A stretch of DNA of 64,000 nt from Gemmatimonadota bacterium (GCA_039586795.1 JBDHJS010000007.1:40903-104902); one strand, 5' to 3'; shown: positions 10,361 to 20,173, numbered from the stretch's first letter. Program-made: numbers and translations. Notes: generated by a model not told the origin, from the sequence alone.

Positions 10361-10555
10361 ATGGGCGGGATTTATCGTTCGCTCTACTACGCCGATGTGA
10401 CGGTGGGCAGCGGCGGCAGACTCACCATTCCTCAGGAGATCCGCGAGGATCTCAGGATCGAGGACGGAAATACCCTGACGCTCAGGGTGGAAGAGAGCCC
10501 GGACGGCCAGCGCCAGATGGTGATCTGGAAGGCTGCCCAGCAACCCGACGAATAG
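10361..10555 (+). CDS. AbrB/MazE/SpoVT-family DNA-binding protein (64 aa)
   Basis: GGGAGG SD. VTVGSGGRLTIPQEIREDLRIEDG matches the AbrB fold pattern. Confidence 0.8.
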   Translation: MGGIYRSLYYADVTVGSGGRLTIPQEIREDLRIEDGNTLTLRVEESPDGQRQMVIWKAAQQPDE

Positions 10556-10588
10556 ACCCCACCTCCCGACCCGCCTGCGACGGCGAAC

Positions 10589-10631
10589 AAAAAGCCGCCA
10601 GGCGCCGGATCACTGCCGCGCGCCGGGCGGC
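10589..10631 (-). terminator. Intrinsic terminator after the CBS gene
   Basis: GC stem gccgcc/ggcggc followed by TTTTT on the minus strand. Confidence 0.55.
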
Positions 10632-10658
10632 CGAATGAAGAGCCGCGCTCCTTGATGT

Positions 10659-11102
10659 CTACGTCGTCGCGCTAACTCCGTGGATGTAGTCCTTCAGCAT
10701 CCGGTTCTCGAATTCAGTCTTGCTGAGGTGGGAGTTCACAACGTCGCCGATCGATATGATCCCGACCAACCCTGACTCGTCAAGGATCGGGAGGTGTCGT
10801 ATTCGATTCTTGGTCATGATCCCCATGACATAATTAAGATCGTCATCAGGAACTCCGATGATCACGTCCCGCGTCATCACTTCGCCTACCTCCGTCTCCT
10901 TCAATCGGTCACAGCGCTGTGAGCTCTCACGCAGGATATCTCGTTCCGAGATGATGCCGACCACGGTCCCGTTCGATGCCGTCACGACCAGGCTTCCGAT
11001 GTTGTGCTTCACCAGAGCCTCTATGGCCTCGAAAACGGTGTCTGTGGGGCTGACAGTGACGACTTCAGCGCCTTTGCCGCGCAGAATGTCTCTCACTCGC
11101 AT
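10659..11102 (-). CDS. Tandem CBS-domain protein
   Basis: GIISERD, RIRHLPI and GIISIGDVV motifs. Confidence 0.9.
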   Translation of the reverse strand: MRVRDILRGKGAEVVTVSPTDTVFEAIEALVKHNIGSLVVTASNGTVVGIISERDILRESSQRCDRLKETEVGEVMTRDVIIGVPDDDLNYVMGIMTKNRIRHLPILDESGLVGIISIGDVVNSHLSKTEFENRMLKDYIHGVSATT

Positions 11103-11300
11103 GGTTGGGGCTCCTTTCGCTAGGCGCCGCCAGCTAACCTACCAGCTGGCCACGGGCAATGACCGGCGGTTGTCATGGCAGGCGCACGAGGATTCTACGA
11201 ACGATAATTATCGCATCTATCAGGGTCGCGGCGCCAGAACCGCGTATTGTGATCGAAATTACGCTTCTGGCGCCACACCTGGTGTGTGATTTCCGGCCGC

Positions 11301-11957
11301 CTACAGCTTCTTCACCCAGATATTGCGGAAGTAGATTGGGCTGCGGCTGTCATGGTTCTGCAGGCCGATATATCCGCGTGGGGCGAAGTCGGCGATCTTG
11401 CCCCGAGGTTCGGCCTGCCAGTCGACAACGGTCTCTCCGTTGAGCTCCACCGTGATGCGGTCGCCGATGAAGCTGATGCGGTAGTGATTCCACTCGCCGG
11501 CTGGCCGGAATGCCGCGTGGGTGGGTGCCTCGGCGTCATAGACCGCGGCAGTCTGGTGGATGCCCTCGCCCACATCGTTGATCTGAACTTCGAAGCTGTG
11601 GTAGATGTAGTCGTCGCTGGTCGGTACCCCGGGCACGCGGATGAATATCCCGGAGTTGGTCACTTCGTCCGAACACCTGTACTCGAGGTCGAGGATGAAG
11701 TCGCCATATTCTTCCGCGGCGTACCACATGAGCCCCATCCCACCGTGCCCCTTTAGCACGCCCGTCTCGCGGTCGAGCTCGAAATGGCCCGGCCCGTAGT
11801 GGTTCCATCCGTGTTTGTTGAAGCGGCCGTTATGCTCCCTGAGGATCCGTTCGAAGCCGGGGCCCGGGCTCTCGTCCTGTCTGTCAGTCATGATCTCATA
11901 GGATGCGTACAACCCGACGGGAAGCAACACGATCAAAGCAAGAGTGACCCACCTCAT
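11301..11957 (-). CDS. DUF1080 (3-keto-disaccharide hydrolase family) exported protein
   Basis: N-terminal hydrophobic segment, NSGIFIR, EVQI, GEWNHYRI and GYIGLQNH motifs. Confidence 0.85.
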   Translation of the reverse strand: MRWVTLALIVLLPVGLYASYEIMTDRQDESPGPGFERILREHNGRFNKHGWNHYGPGHFELDRETGVLKGHGGMGLMWYAAEEYGDFILDLEYRCSDEVTNSGIFIRVPGVPTSDDYIYHSFEVQINDVGEGIHQTAAVYDAEAPTHAAFRPAGEWNHYRISFIGDRITVELNGETVVDWQAEPRGKIADFAPRGYIGLQNHDSRSPIYFRNIWVKKL

Positions 11958-12016
11958 GCAAAACCAGCCTTTCCAGTCGTAAACCATCAACGCCACCATT
12001 AGGTCCGTGATTCTTC

Positions 12017-13270
12017 TCACCTCGAGTTCCGGGGGTTCCACTCGCCCTTCGCGACCGCGGGAACGAAGCTTTCGAGGTCCGGCGGTGGGAATGGGATCGT
12101 CTTGCCCTGCTCCGCGCTCATGTAAGCGGTCATGAGAAGCTCGGTCACATTGAGACCGTCGTCGAAGTTCTCGACCGGTCGCTTCCCGGCGAGGAACGAC
12201 CGAACCATGTGACGGTTTTCGCCGATGTAGCCGTACTCGCTCTCCTCATCGGCGACCACCGGCATCAATCCCACCTCGGCGTTTTGCTTCTCCACAAGGT
12301 CCTCACCAGAGTCACCTCGCACCTCTCGGCTGAAGAAGACGCGCGGTCCCGCATCCAGCGAGTTCACCGACAACGAATACTCCGGTCCCAGTAGCTCCAT
12401 GCTGAGGCGCAGGCCCGCACCGACGAAGCACCACGACGTGGTCGCCTCGACGATCCGCTCGTTCCCGTCCGCATCCCGATATTCGACCATGGCCCGGGCG
12501 AAGTCCTCGGCGGGCCGATTGAGGTAGTCGGTTGCGCCGTCACTGTTCTCCGACAGGATCTTCGCGTAATGCGGTTGCTGCCACTTCAGGCAGGAGGTGT
12601 GCGCCGTCACCTTGACCGGCGTCAAGACAGTTCGCTCGGCGCCCGGCGGCGTCAGCAAATGACGAGCGACCTCGACAGAGTGACACATCATGTCGTTGAG
12701 CACGCCGCCGCCCTGGAGCTCTCCCTCCCAGAACCAGGGCATATGAGGGCCGCTGTGCTCCTCCGCCGCGCGAGCCAGGTAGGGCGGTCCGGTCAACGCA
12801 GCGCCCCGAGCCCAGAGGATGTCCTTCCCGCGCACGACGGCGGGCGAAAAGAGCTGGTTTTCCAGATAGCCATCCAGGAGCCCCGCCCGCTGGACCATCT
12901 CGAGCATCTGTCGCGCCTCGGCGGCGTTGCGGCCTAGCGGCTTCTCGCAAGCGACACCTACCAGTTCGCCTTTCCCGCTCTCGATGGCATGGACGATCTC
13001 TTCCATGATCTCGACGCGGGTGAAGTTGGGAGCACAAATCCAGAGCGCATCGATGGCGGGGTCCGCAACCATGTCGGTGACCGTATCGTAGGGCTTCGCA
13101 TCACCGACACCCAGGCTATTCGCCAAGGCCACGGCTTCTTCGACTGTGCCATCGCTCCGGCCGGTGACACCCATGACATCCGCGTCGCGCACAGCTACAA
13201 AAGATCGGACATGAAACTTTCCGACGAACCCACCGCCAACGAACCCAACGCCAAGTCTCTTATTAGCCAT
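12017..13270 (-). CDS. Gfo/Idh/MocA oxidoreductase (cytoplasmic)
   Basis: Rossmann GFVGGGFVG, CEKP and GGGVLNDMMCH motifs. Confidence 0.88.
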   Translation of the reverse strand: MANKRLGVGFVGGGFVGKFHVRSFVAVRDADVMGVTGRSDGTVEEAVALANSLGVGDAKPYDTVTDMVADPAIDALWICAPNFTRVEIMEEIVHAIESGKGELVGVACEKPLGRNAAEARQMLEMVQRAGLLDGYLENQLFSPAVVRGKDILWARGAALTGPPYLARAAEEHSGPHMPWFWEGELQGGGVLNDMMCHSVEVARHLLTPPGAERTVLTPVKVTAHTSCLKWQQPHYAKILSENSDGATDYLNRPAEDFARAMVEYRDADGNERIVEATTSWCFVGAGLRLSMELLGPEYSLSVNSLDAGPRVFFSREVRGDSGEDLVEKQNAEVGLMPVVADEESEYGYIGENRHMVRSFLAGKRPVENFDDGLNVTELLMTAYMSAEQGKTIPFPPPDLESFVPAVAKGEWNPRNSR

Positions 13271-13292
13271 TCACACTCTCTCTTGTCTTCGA

Positions 13293-14510
13293 TCAAACCG
13301 CAGCGGTTGCCGGCGCCTTTTCTTCTCTGAAGAACAGCAGGAATGCCACGGCACAGATGATCGTCAAAACGCAAGGTACCAGGAACACGTTGGTCCAGTT
13401 TGTTCCGGCATCCGTCGTGAATACATCTTTGATCCAGCCGGCGAACAGGCTGCCGAGGAATCGACCGAATCCGAGGGCGACGATCGCGATCAAGCTTTGC
13501 GCCGATGCCCGAATGTCCGGCGGTGCCACGCTGTCCACGTAGATGAACGCCGCGACGAAGAAGAACACGTAACAGAAGCCGTGCAGCGCCATGGACGCGA
13601 TCACCAGCCAGGCCGGAGCACCGATGGCAAAGATCACGTAGCGGATCGGCCAGGCGATGACGCCGAACGCCAGCGTCTTCCGCATCCCGTACTTCTTGAG
13701 GAAATGGGAGAGCAGGAACGCCATGACGAAGATCTCCGCCACCTGCGCGATCGTCATGACCAGCGGCGTGTTGTTGGGCGAGACACCGATCTTGTCCGAC
13801 TCGAGGAACGGTGCCGTCAGGATGTAGTAGAACTCCAGCTCGGTAGCCACGACGAAGGTGATGCCGATGAAGATCGCGAAGTCCTTCGACTTGAGCATCT
13901 TCAACGACTCAAGGAACGCCCAGGGGTTCACGCCTTCTTTTTGCGGCGGCGTATGCGGAAGCGTGAACGACTGAAGCCCCATGATGATCGAGAACAGACC
14001 GGCGAGGAACAGCATGTCGCCCTGGATGCCAGGCAGCACGTCGCCTTCCACCAGCCAGCGGCCGCCGGTCAACAGCCAACCCGCGGCGATCCAACCCAAC
14101 GTGCCGCCCACTCGAATCCCGCCGAACTCTTCCTCGGAATCGGTGAGATTCATCATGGCGATGGAGTTCGTCAGGGCGAGAGTCGGCGCGTAGACGAGGC
14201 AATAGACGAGCATCAGAATCGCCATCAGGCTGAAGTCGGTCACCCTCGACAGCGCGATCAGCAGGATGCCGCCTGAAAACGCGAGGAACCCGATGACTTT
14301 CTCGGACGCGAAATAGCGGTCGGCGACCTGTCCTCCGACGAACGGAGCGATGATCGTCGCCAGTGGAAGCAAGGCGTAAATCGCTCCGATCTGGAAGCCG
14401 CTGAAGCCGAGTCCGCTATCGCCCAGATACGCCGAGAGCACGGGGGCCCATGAGCCCCAGATGGCGTACTGGAGGAACATCATGATCCAGAGGCGGGTCT
14501 TTGCGCTCAA
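13293..14510 (-). CDS. MFS transporter, nucleoside:H+ symporter (NupG-like) family
   Basis: MMFLQYAIWGSW, GQVADRYF, GTLGWI and LHGFCY motifs, about 12 TMs. TTG start after AGGAG. Confidence 0.88.
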   Translation of the reverse strand: MSAKTRLWIMMFLQYAIWGSWAPVLSAYLGDSGLGFSGFQIGAIYALLPLATIIAPFVGGQVADRYFASEKVIGFLAFSGGILLIALSRVTDFSLMAILMLVYCLVYAPTLALTNSIAMMNLTDSEEEFGGIRVGGTLGWIAAGWLLTGGRWLVEGDVLPGIQGDMLFLAGLFSIIMGLQSFTLPHTPPQKEGVNPWAFLESLKMLKSKDFAIFIGITFVVATELEFYYILTAPFLESDKIGVSPNNTPLVMTIAQVAEIFVMAFLLSHFLKKYGMRKTLAFGVIAWPIRYVIFAIGAPAWLVIASMALHGFCYVFFFVAAFIYVDSVAPPDIRASAQSLIAIVALGFGRFLGSLFAGWIKDVFTTDAGTNWTNVFLVPCVLTIICAVAFLLFFREEKAPATAAV

Positions 14511-14544
14511 GATTAGCTCCTATCGTTCATGGCGATCGATCATG

Positions 14545-16152
14545 TTACACGATCCTCCGATTCACGGGATCCCACGTGACTCGGCGACCTTCCATGAACG
14601 AGCGTGTCGCCATGTGACAGGTGATCGCCTCCTCGAAGCCGCGTTCGATATCGCAGCTGACCTGGCCACCGTTGCGAATCACGTCTAACCACTCGGCGAT
14701 ATGGAGGTGGTAGGCGCTGACGCGTCGGCCTCCCCGGTACGTGAAGAGCAGCCCACGGCTGGCGAAGTACTCCTCGGTCGCCGATGTCACCGCATCGATC
14801 CCCCTGAAACCGGGGCGGTAGGTGAACATGGGCAGCGAGGGATCGATGATATCGTCATCGATCTTCTTCTCGTAACGCGTCGAGCTACGGTCGGCAGTGA
14901 TCGTCAAGCCGCTGCCCACCTGCATGGTCGCATCGTGACCCATATACAGCTGGCCGCGGTACTTACCGTTAGCGAGAGTCGCGCTGTAGATCATCGTCAG
15001 GTCGCGATCGGGATACTCGAAGGCGGCCTGGAACACATCCGGCACATCGCGGCCATCCTTGAAGTAGTAGATGCCGCCAGTCGCGACGGCGCTGTGTGGG
15101 ATACCGACTTCGAGAATCTGGTTCACCGCGTCGAACTCGTGGGACAGCAGGTCACCGGAGAGGCCGGTACCGTAGTCGTACCAGCAACGCCACCGGAAGA
15201 ATCTCTCGAGGCTGAACGGTACCTTATTGGGCGCCGGACCCTGAAACAGATCCCAGTCGATGGTGTTCTCATTGCCCTCTTCGTGAATGTCGTACTGCCA
15301 GGCGCCCGTTGGACTGTTCCGGTTCGTTGTAGTCTCGACAAGCGTGATCGGGCCGAGGATGTCATGGTCCATTATCTCCCGGGCCTTTATGTGGGCCTCG
15401 GACTGGCGGTTCTGATGTCCCAACTGGAAGACGATGTCCGAGTTGGTCACGGCATCGTACATCGCGTGCGCCTCTTCCTCCGTGCGAGTCATGCACTTCT
15501 CGCAGTATACGTGCTTACCAGCCGCCGCCGCGTCGACTGTCATCTGGGAGTGCCAGTGGTCCGGCGTTGCGATGATCACGGCATCGACGTCGGGACTATC
15601 GAGGAGATCCTGATAGTTGACGAAGCGTGTCGCGCCCGCGCCCGCCGGTGCGCCACCGGGCCGCACATCGTTTTTTGAGGCGGCGATGCCGCGCTCGGCT
15701 CTGACGTCGAACACGTCGCACACAGCCGTGAGTTCGACATTCAGATCATCCTGTGCGAGCCAGTTCTCCAGCCGTTTGTTCTTTGGATCCTCCTCAGCGG
15801 CCTTCCTCAGGTCCTCTACCCAATCGGGAGGAGCGAAACCAGCGTTCCTCAGCAGCGATTGGCCTTCTCCACCGTTGCCGATGATGCCCAGCCGGATTCG
15901 ATCGCCTGGCGGACGCGAGATGGCCTCGGGAATGACGGCCGGCGCGCCCTCCGTGACACCCAGCTCGGACAGGATCTCGCTGCGCCTGAAATCGTCCTCG
16001 GCCTTCTTCTTCAGAAAACCGTAGAAGAACACGCCGAGGACGGGAATCGAGGCCAGCGCCTTGAGCACATCCCTGCGGTTTATGCCGCCAGTCGCACCGG
16101 ATTCGGGCGTTCCGGAGTGGTTCATGCCTGTGTCTTTCTTCTCGGGTTCCAT
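14545..16152 (-). CDS. Gfo/Idh/MocA oxidoreductase with twin-arginine-like N-terminus
   Basis: NRRDVLK plus hydrophobic helix, GIIGNGG, IATPDHWH, YCEK and WRCWYDYGTG motifs. Confidence 0.88.
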   Translation of the reverse strand: MEPEKKDTGMNHSGTPESGATGGINRRDVLKALASIPVLGVFFYGFLKKKAEDDFRRSEILSELGVTEGAPAVIPEAISRPPGDRIRLGIIGNGGEGQSLLRNAGFAPPDWVEDLRKAAEEDPKNKRLENWLAQDDLNVELTAVCDVFDVRAERGIAASKNDVRPGGAPAGAGATRFVNYQDLLDSPDVDAVIIATPDHWHSQMTVDAAAAGKHVYCEKCMTRTEEEAHAMYDAVTNSDIVFQLGHQNRQSEAHIKAREIMDHDILGPITLVETTTNRNSPTGAWQYDIHEEGNENTIDWDLFQGPAPNKVPFSLERFFRWRCWYDYGTGLSGDLLSHEFDAVNQILEVGIPHSAVATGGIYYFKDGRDVPDVFQAAFEYPDRDLTMIYSATLANGKYRGQLYMGHDATMQVGSGLTITADRSSTRYEKKIDDDIIDPSLPMFTYRPGFRGIDAVTSATEEYFASRGLLFTYRGGRRVSAYHLHIAEWLDVIRNGGQVSCDIERGFEEAITCHMATRSFMEGRRVTWDPVNRRIV

Positions 16153-16199
16153 CTTCTCAACTCCCGCGCTGTCGTTGCTTCATGCGAAGGCCACGCTCA

Positions 16200-16718
16200 C
16201 TACGCGGCCGCAGGCATGCTGGCGGCCTGCTCACCCGTTCGTTTCTTCCAGAAGATCAGCCGGTCCAGTCCGACGATCTGGCCGGTGGGGAACGCCAGCG
16301 TGACGAACAGGGCGGCAAGCTCAATGAGTGTCTTGTTGACGATGATGTAGTTGCCTTCCCTGGGCATGGAGTAGGTGTAGCCCGGGAACGGCGGGTTAGC
16401 TACGTAGTAGAGGCAAAGCAAGACGATCCCCGCGATGACCGCGGCACGGGTCAAGCAACCCAGCAGCAGCCCCAGTCCGATCGCGATCAATCCCCAGGTG
16501 TTCAGGAAATCGACGAAGCCAAGCATCCCCGGGCTGGCAGAAATCGATTGGAAGATACCTGAGAATAGCCATCTCGAGTCCGCCAAGAACTCGGCAGATG
16601 TCCAGTAGGGGTTGATCGCCTTGGCAATTCCCTCGTAGAGGAAATGCCATCCGATCAGCATGCGCAGCGCTACAAGCGCCGTCGTTTGAAAGTTCGAGTA
16701 GTCCGTCGCCCGCTGCAT
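16200..16718 (-). CDS. DoxX family membrane protein
   Basis: LRMLIGWHFLYEGIAK, GLGLLLG and EGNYIIVNKTLIE motifs, about 4 TMs. Confidence 0.85.
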   Translation of the reverse strand: MQRATDYSNFQTTALVALRMLIGWHFLYEGIAKAINPYWTSAEFLADSRWLFSGIFQSISASPGMLGFVDFLNTWGLIAIGLGLLLGCLTRAAVIAGIVLLCLYYVANPPFPGYTYSMPREGNYIIVNKTLIELAALFVTLAFPTGQIVGLDRLIFWKKRTGEQAASMPAAA

Positions 16719-16774
16719 CGCACACCTACCTTCCGTACTCTGTCTACGGTTACTGTCTGACGCCTATCGTCTTC

Positions 16775-17788
16775 TTATCCTCCCCATCCCCGCGACTTCC
16801 ACTTTCCACCACGCGCGTCGACAACAAGGCACTCGCACTGAGGTATCGCGCTGACGAATCTGACACCCGCCTGCGGGTTCATGATGAAAATGCTCGTGGC
16901 TAGCGCGTCAGCTGCCATCGCCGTCGGCGCTATCACCGAGACGCTCTTGCTTAAGTCCGGAGACGCACCGGTTCTCGAGTTAACTATGTGGTGGTACAAC
17001 CGCTCGTGGTCGAAATAGATTTCATAGCTTCCGGAGGTCGCCACCGCACCGTCACCCATTTGAATGATGTCCGGGTAGTCACCTTCCTTCTCCGGGTCCT
17101 GCACCGCTACGGCCCACGGCTGCCCCCCTTCTTTGGCGCCCGCCGTACGCACATCACCGCCGGCGTTGATCAGGTAAGACTTTAGGCCGGACCGCGAGAG
17201 GCTTTCCGATACTCTGTCGACGATGAACCCCTTTGCGATACCGTCGAGCGTGATGCCCATGCCTTGTCTGCGGAAGCGTATCGCGTTGGGTGAGAGCTCT
17301 ATGTGGCGTGAGCCAACCAGCTCCAGGATATCCGCAACTTCTCGTTCTTCCGGTCTTGCCGTATTCGTGCTGAAGAGGTCGACGAGCGGCTTCACCGTTA
17401 CGTCGAACGCGCCACGGCTCAGCCGGTGGTAGTGCAAAGCGCGACCCACAACGCGGGTTACCTCGGGCGGTGAATCGAGCAGCCGACCCTGACGATTCAG
17501 GTCCGAGACGGCCGACGCACCATCGAACCGATTGAACAGCGCGATTCGGCGGTCCATCTCTCGAAAAGCCTTCCCGATCGCATCCTCCGCCAGATCACGC
17601 GATCGATGAAGCGCGGTGATCGAGATGAACGTTCCCATCGCTGGGCGTGCGCATGTCACCTTAACGGTACGTCGATCGACCCGCGTCGCCGCCGTCCTGA
17701 CCGGGGACACTTCGACGCGCTCGAGGCCCAGGTCGGCAAGCACCGAGAGCTTCCGGGCGATCCGAGCCGCGTCGTTCATGTCCTGCAT
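16775..17788 (-). CDS. apbE: FAD:protein FMN transferase
   Basis: AMGT, GAFDVTV, DGIAKGF, NAGGD, ATSGSYE, HHI and ADALAT motifs. Confidence 0.93.
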   Translation of the reverse strand: MQDMNDAARIARKLSVLADLGLERVEVSPVRTAATRVDRRTVKVTCARPAMGTFISITALHRSRDLAEDAIGKAFREMDRRIALFNRFDGASAVSDLNRQGRLLDSPPEVTRVVGRALHYHRLSRGAFDVTVKPLVDLFSTNTARPEEREVADILELVGSRHIELSPNAIRFRRQGMGITLDGIAKGFIVDRVSESLSRSGLKSYLINAGGDVRTAGAKEGGQPWAVAVQDPEKEGDYPDIIQMGDGAVATSGSYEIYFDHERLYHHIVNSRTGASPDLSKSVSVIAPTAMAADALATSIFIMNPQAGVRFVSAIPQCECLVVDARGGKWKSRGWGG

Positions 17789-18745
17789 CTAGCGGCGTTC
17801 CTCCGCGAGCTGATCGCGGGTCCGCTCCAGGAGCGTCTTCGTCGCGCGGATCCCATCCGGCTCGCTCAGGCGGCTACCCTCGTACTCGATCCCCACGTAC
17901 CCGTGATAGCCGGCATCCAGAACGATTCCCAACATGCGTTTGTAGTCGGTATGAATCTCGTTGCCTTGCTCGTCGAAATCGTGTGATTTTGCGCTTACCG
18001 CCTTCGCGTAGGGCATCATCTCCTGGACACCCAGGTAGCGATCGTACCAGACATCCTCCGCGATTCGGAAGTTGCCGAAGTCCGGAAGCGTCCCACAGCG
18101 CGGACTGCCGACCGCCTCGATGACACTCGCTAGCCAGGCTCCATTCGACGACAATCCACCGTGGTTTTCGATGATGACGTTGATGTCGAAGGCCGAAGCC
18201 TCTTCCGTCAGCCGCCGTAACCCATCAACCGCTAGCTCCCGCTGCTCCTCCGGTGTCCCCTCCGAGCGCGCATTGACTCGAATCGAATGACAGCCGAGAA
18301 ACTTGGCCGCGTGAATCCACCGGTGATGGTTCAGAACCGCTCGCAGGCGCTCGACCTGGTCCGGCGCTCCCAGCGCGCCCTCACCGTCAACCATGATGAG
18401 AAGGCTCTTCACGCCATTGTCGTCCGCCCGAAGTTTCAACTCGGACAGATAAGCCTCGTCCTCCGCCTTGTCCTTGAAGAAAGAGTTCACGTACTCGACG
18501 GCGTCGAGTCCGTAGTCAACACGGGCGACGCGGGGAAATTCGAGCGCGTCGAGTTCGCCGGCGTTGAGCGTACGGTGCAGCGACCACTGGGCGAGGGAGA
18601 CTTTGAACAACGGCTGGTTAGCCGGCGGTATATGACCGCAGCCCGTCAGAAACGAGGGGCCCGCCAGGTAGGTTGCCGGGGTAGCCATTGCGATGCCCGC
18701 CAAGAACCGGCGACGGCTCATAGAACCTCGCGACGGTAGAACCAT
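17789..18745 (-). CDS. Sugar phosphate isomerase/epimerase-family TIM barrel, Tat signal
   Basis: [27 protein letters not shown] and GIEYEG motifs. Start 18745 or 18721. Confidence 0.88.
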   Translation of the reverse strand: MVLPSRGSMSRRRFLAGIAMATPATYLAGPSFLTGCGHIPPANQPLFKVSLAQWSLHRTLNAGELDALEFPRVARVDYGLDAVEYVNSFFKDKAEDEAYLSELKLRADDNGVKSLLIMVDGEGALGAPDQVERLRAVLNHHRWIHAAKFLGCHSIRVNARSEGTPEEQRELAVDGLRRLTEEASAFDINVIIENHGGLSSNGAWLASVIEAVGSPRCGTLPDFGNFRIAEDVWYDRYLGVQEMMPYAKAVSAKSHDFDEQGNEIHTDYKRMLGIVLDAGYHGYVGIEYEGSRLSEPDGIRATKTLLERTRDQLAEERR

Positions 18746-18928
18746 AAGCCTCTACCACCTTGTAGCTGTGGGGAGTCAGGCAAGTGAACGCCCGGATTGG
18801 GGCATGAACTGGACCCTGGACTCCAGTTCCGTTACCGGTCGCCGAGTTGTGATTGAACTGATTATGGGTACGGTTCTGTGCGGCCGCAAGCTGCCGGCGG
18901 TCTAGCCACCGGCAGCTCGAGGATCGGC

Positions 18929-19516
18929 TTAGCGTGTGGCCTGGTAGTAAGGATTGGAGCCCATCGAGTGGTCGGTGATATCGATCACTTCCGAGACCTC
19001 AGGGAACGCCTCGCGGATCAGCCTTTCGACCCCCTGCTTCAGCGTAACCGTGGCCATCCCACACCCCTGGCAGCCGCCGGATAGCTGGACGTAAACCACG
19101 TTGTCCCTCACATCCACTAGAACGATCCGCCCACCATGCGCCGCAACTGCCGGGTTGATCTGAGCCTCCATAAACTGAGCGACCCTCTGGGCCAGCTCAC
19201 CGCTGGGCGGCTCCGAGCCGATCGGCTTGATGTTCGGGTTCTCGACCTGAAAGCCGCCACCACCCATCGACTCGACCCAATCTACCGAGGCGCCCTCCAG
19301 CTTTTCGACGCTCGCCTGGTCCACATAGACCTTGAACCCGTCCGCGTCGAAGATCGTGTCATCGGGCTGTTGGTCGGACTCGTCCACCAGCATGAGCTCG
19401 TACTGAGGCGCCAGCGGGCTGCCCGAGTGGACGGCGATGCGCAGCGCCACACCGCCCTCTTCTTCTTGAATGAACGACAGCACCCGCTCCCGGGCCTTGT
19501 CGGTGAACGTCAGCAT
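18929..19516 (-). CDS. nfuA: Fe-S biogenesis protein NfuA
   Basis: Degenerate A-type domain plus NifU domain (HGG...GGCQGCG...DITDH). GAGGT SD before ATG 19516. Confidence 0.88.
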   Translation of the reverse strand: MLTFTDKARERVLSFIQEEEGGVALRIAVHSGSPLAPQYELMLVDESDQQPDDTIFDADGFKVYVDQASVEKLEGASVDWVESMGGGGFQVENPNIKPIGSEPPSGELAQRVAQFMEAQINPAVAAHGGRIVLVDVRDNVVYVQLSGGCQGCGMATVTLKQGVERLIREAFPEVSEVIDITDHSMGSNPYYQATR

Positions 19517-19651
19517 CCGATACCTCACGAAGCTCTGGGTCCTCTGGGTGGCCACACTTCTGGCCTTTCGCTCTGAAACTACTGTAATATAGCAGCGTGG
19601 CCGAGGAGCGCAGCCGGTAGGAAATCCAGCCGGTCGACCCGGAGGTGGCGG

Positions 19652-20173
19652 ATGTCAGCAAAGACGAAGATCAGCGTGGTCAAGGGAGACATCACGGAAT
19701 TCGCAGGTGACGCGATCGTGAACGCGGCAAACAACCACTTGATCCTGGGCGCGGGCGTGGCCGGGGCGATTGATCGCAAAGGCGGGCCGACCATCCAGCA
19801 GGAGTGCCATAGACACGGCGCGATCCAGGTCGGCGAGGCGGCGATAACCGGCGCGGGCGAGCTGGTCGCCCGTTATGTCATTCATGCGGCCGCGATGGGC
19901 GACGAGCCGGCCAGCCGCACGACGATCGAGGCCGCCACACGGAATTCGCTACAACTCGCCGACGATCACGGAATCAAGACCATCGCCTTCCCGATACTGG
20001 CTTCGGGTGTCGCCGGATTTCGTCTCGATGAGGCGACGCGCATCATGCTGGCCTCGATTCGCGCCTATGTAAACGCAGGGACGACCCAGATCGAGGAGAT
20101 CACGCTGTACGGCTACTCCGATGCCGACGCGGGCACCGTTCGCGCTGTGGTCGAGGAGGATTCAGCCTCCTAG
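19652..20173 (+). CDS. Macro domain protein (O-acetyl-ADP-ribose deacetylase family)
   Basis: GDIT, AIVNAAN, GAGVAGAI and IAFP motifs. Confidence 0.9.
   Translation: MSAKTKISVVKGDITEFAGDAIVNAANNHLILGAGVAGAIDRKGGPTIQQECHRHGAIQVGEAAITGAGELVARYVIHAAAMGDEPASRTTIEAATRNSLQLADDHGIKTIAFPILASGVAGFRLDEATRIMLASIRAYVNAGTTQIEEITLYGYSDADAGTVRAVVEEDSAS

Noticed and set aside
16085..16105. ESGAT near the Gfo N-terminus as a second flavinylation motif
   Set aside because: It lies in the signal n-region and lacks the upstream Asp, so it is probably chance.
18889..18917. Hairpin after nfuA as an intrinsic terminator
   Set aside because: The stem is real but has no U-tract on the relevant strand.
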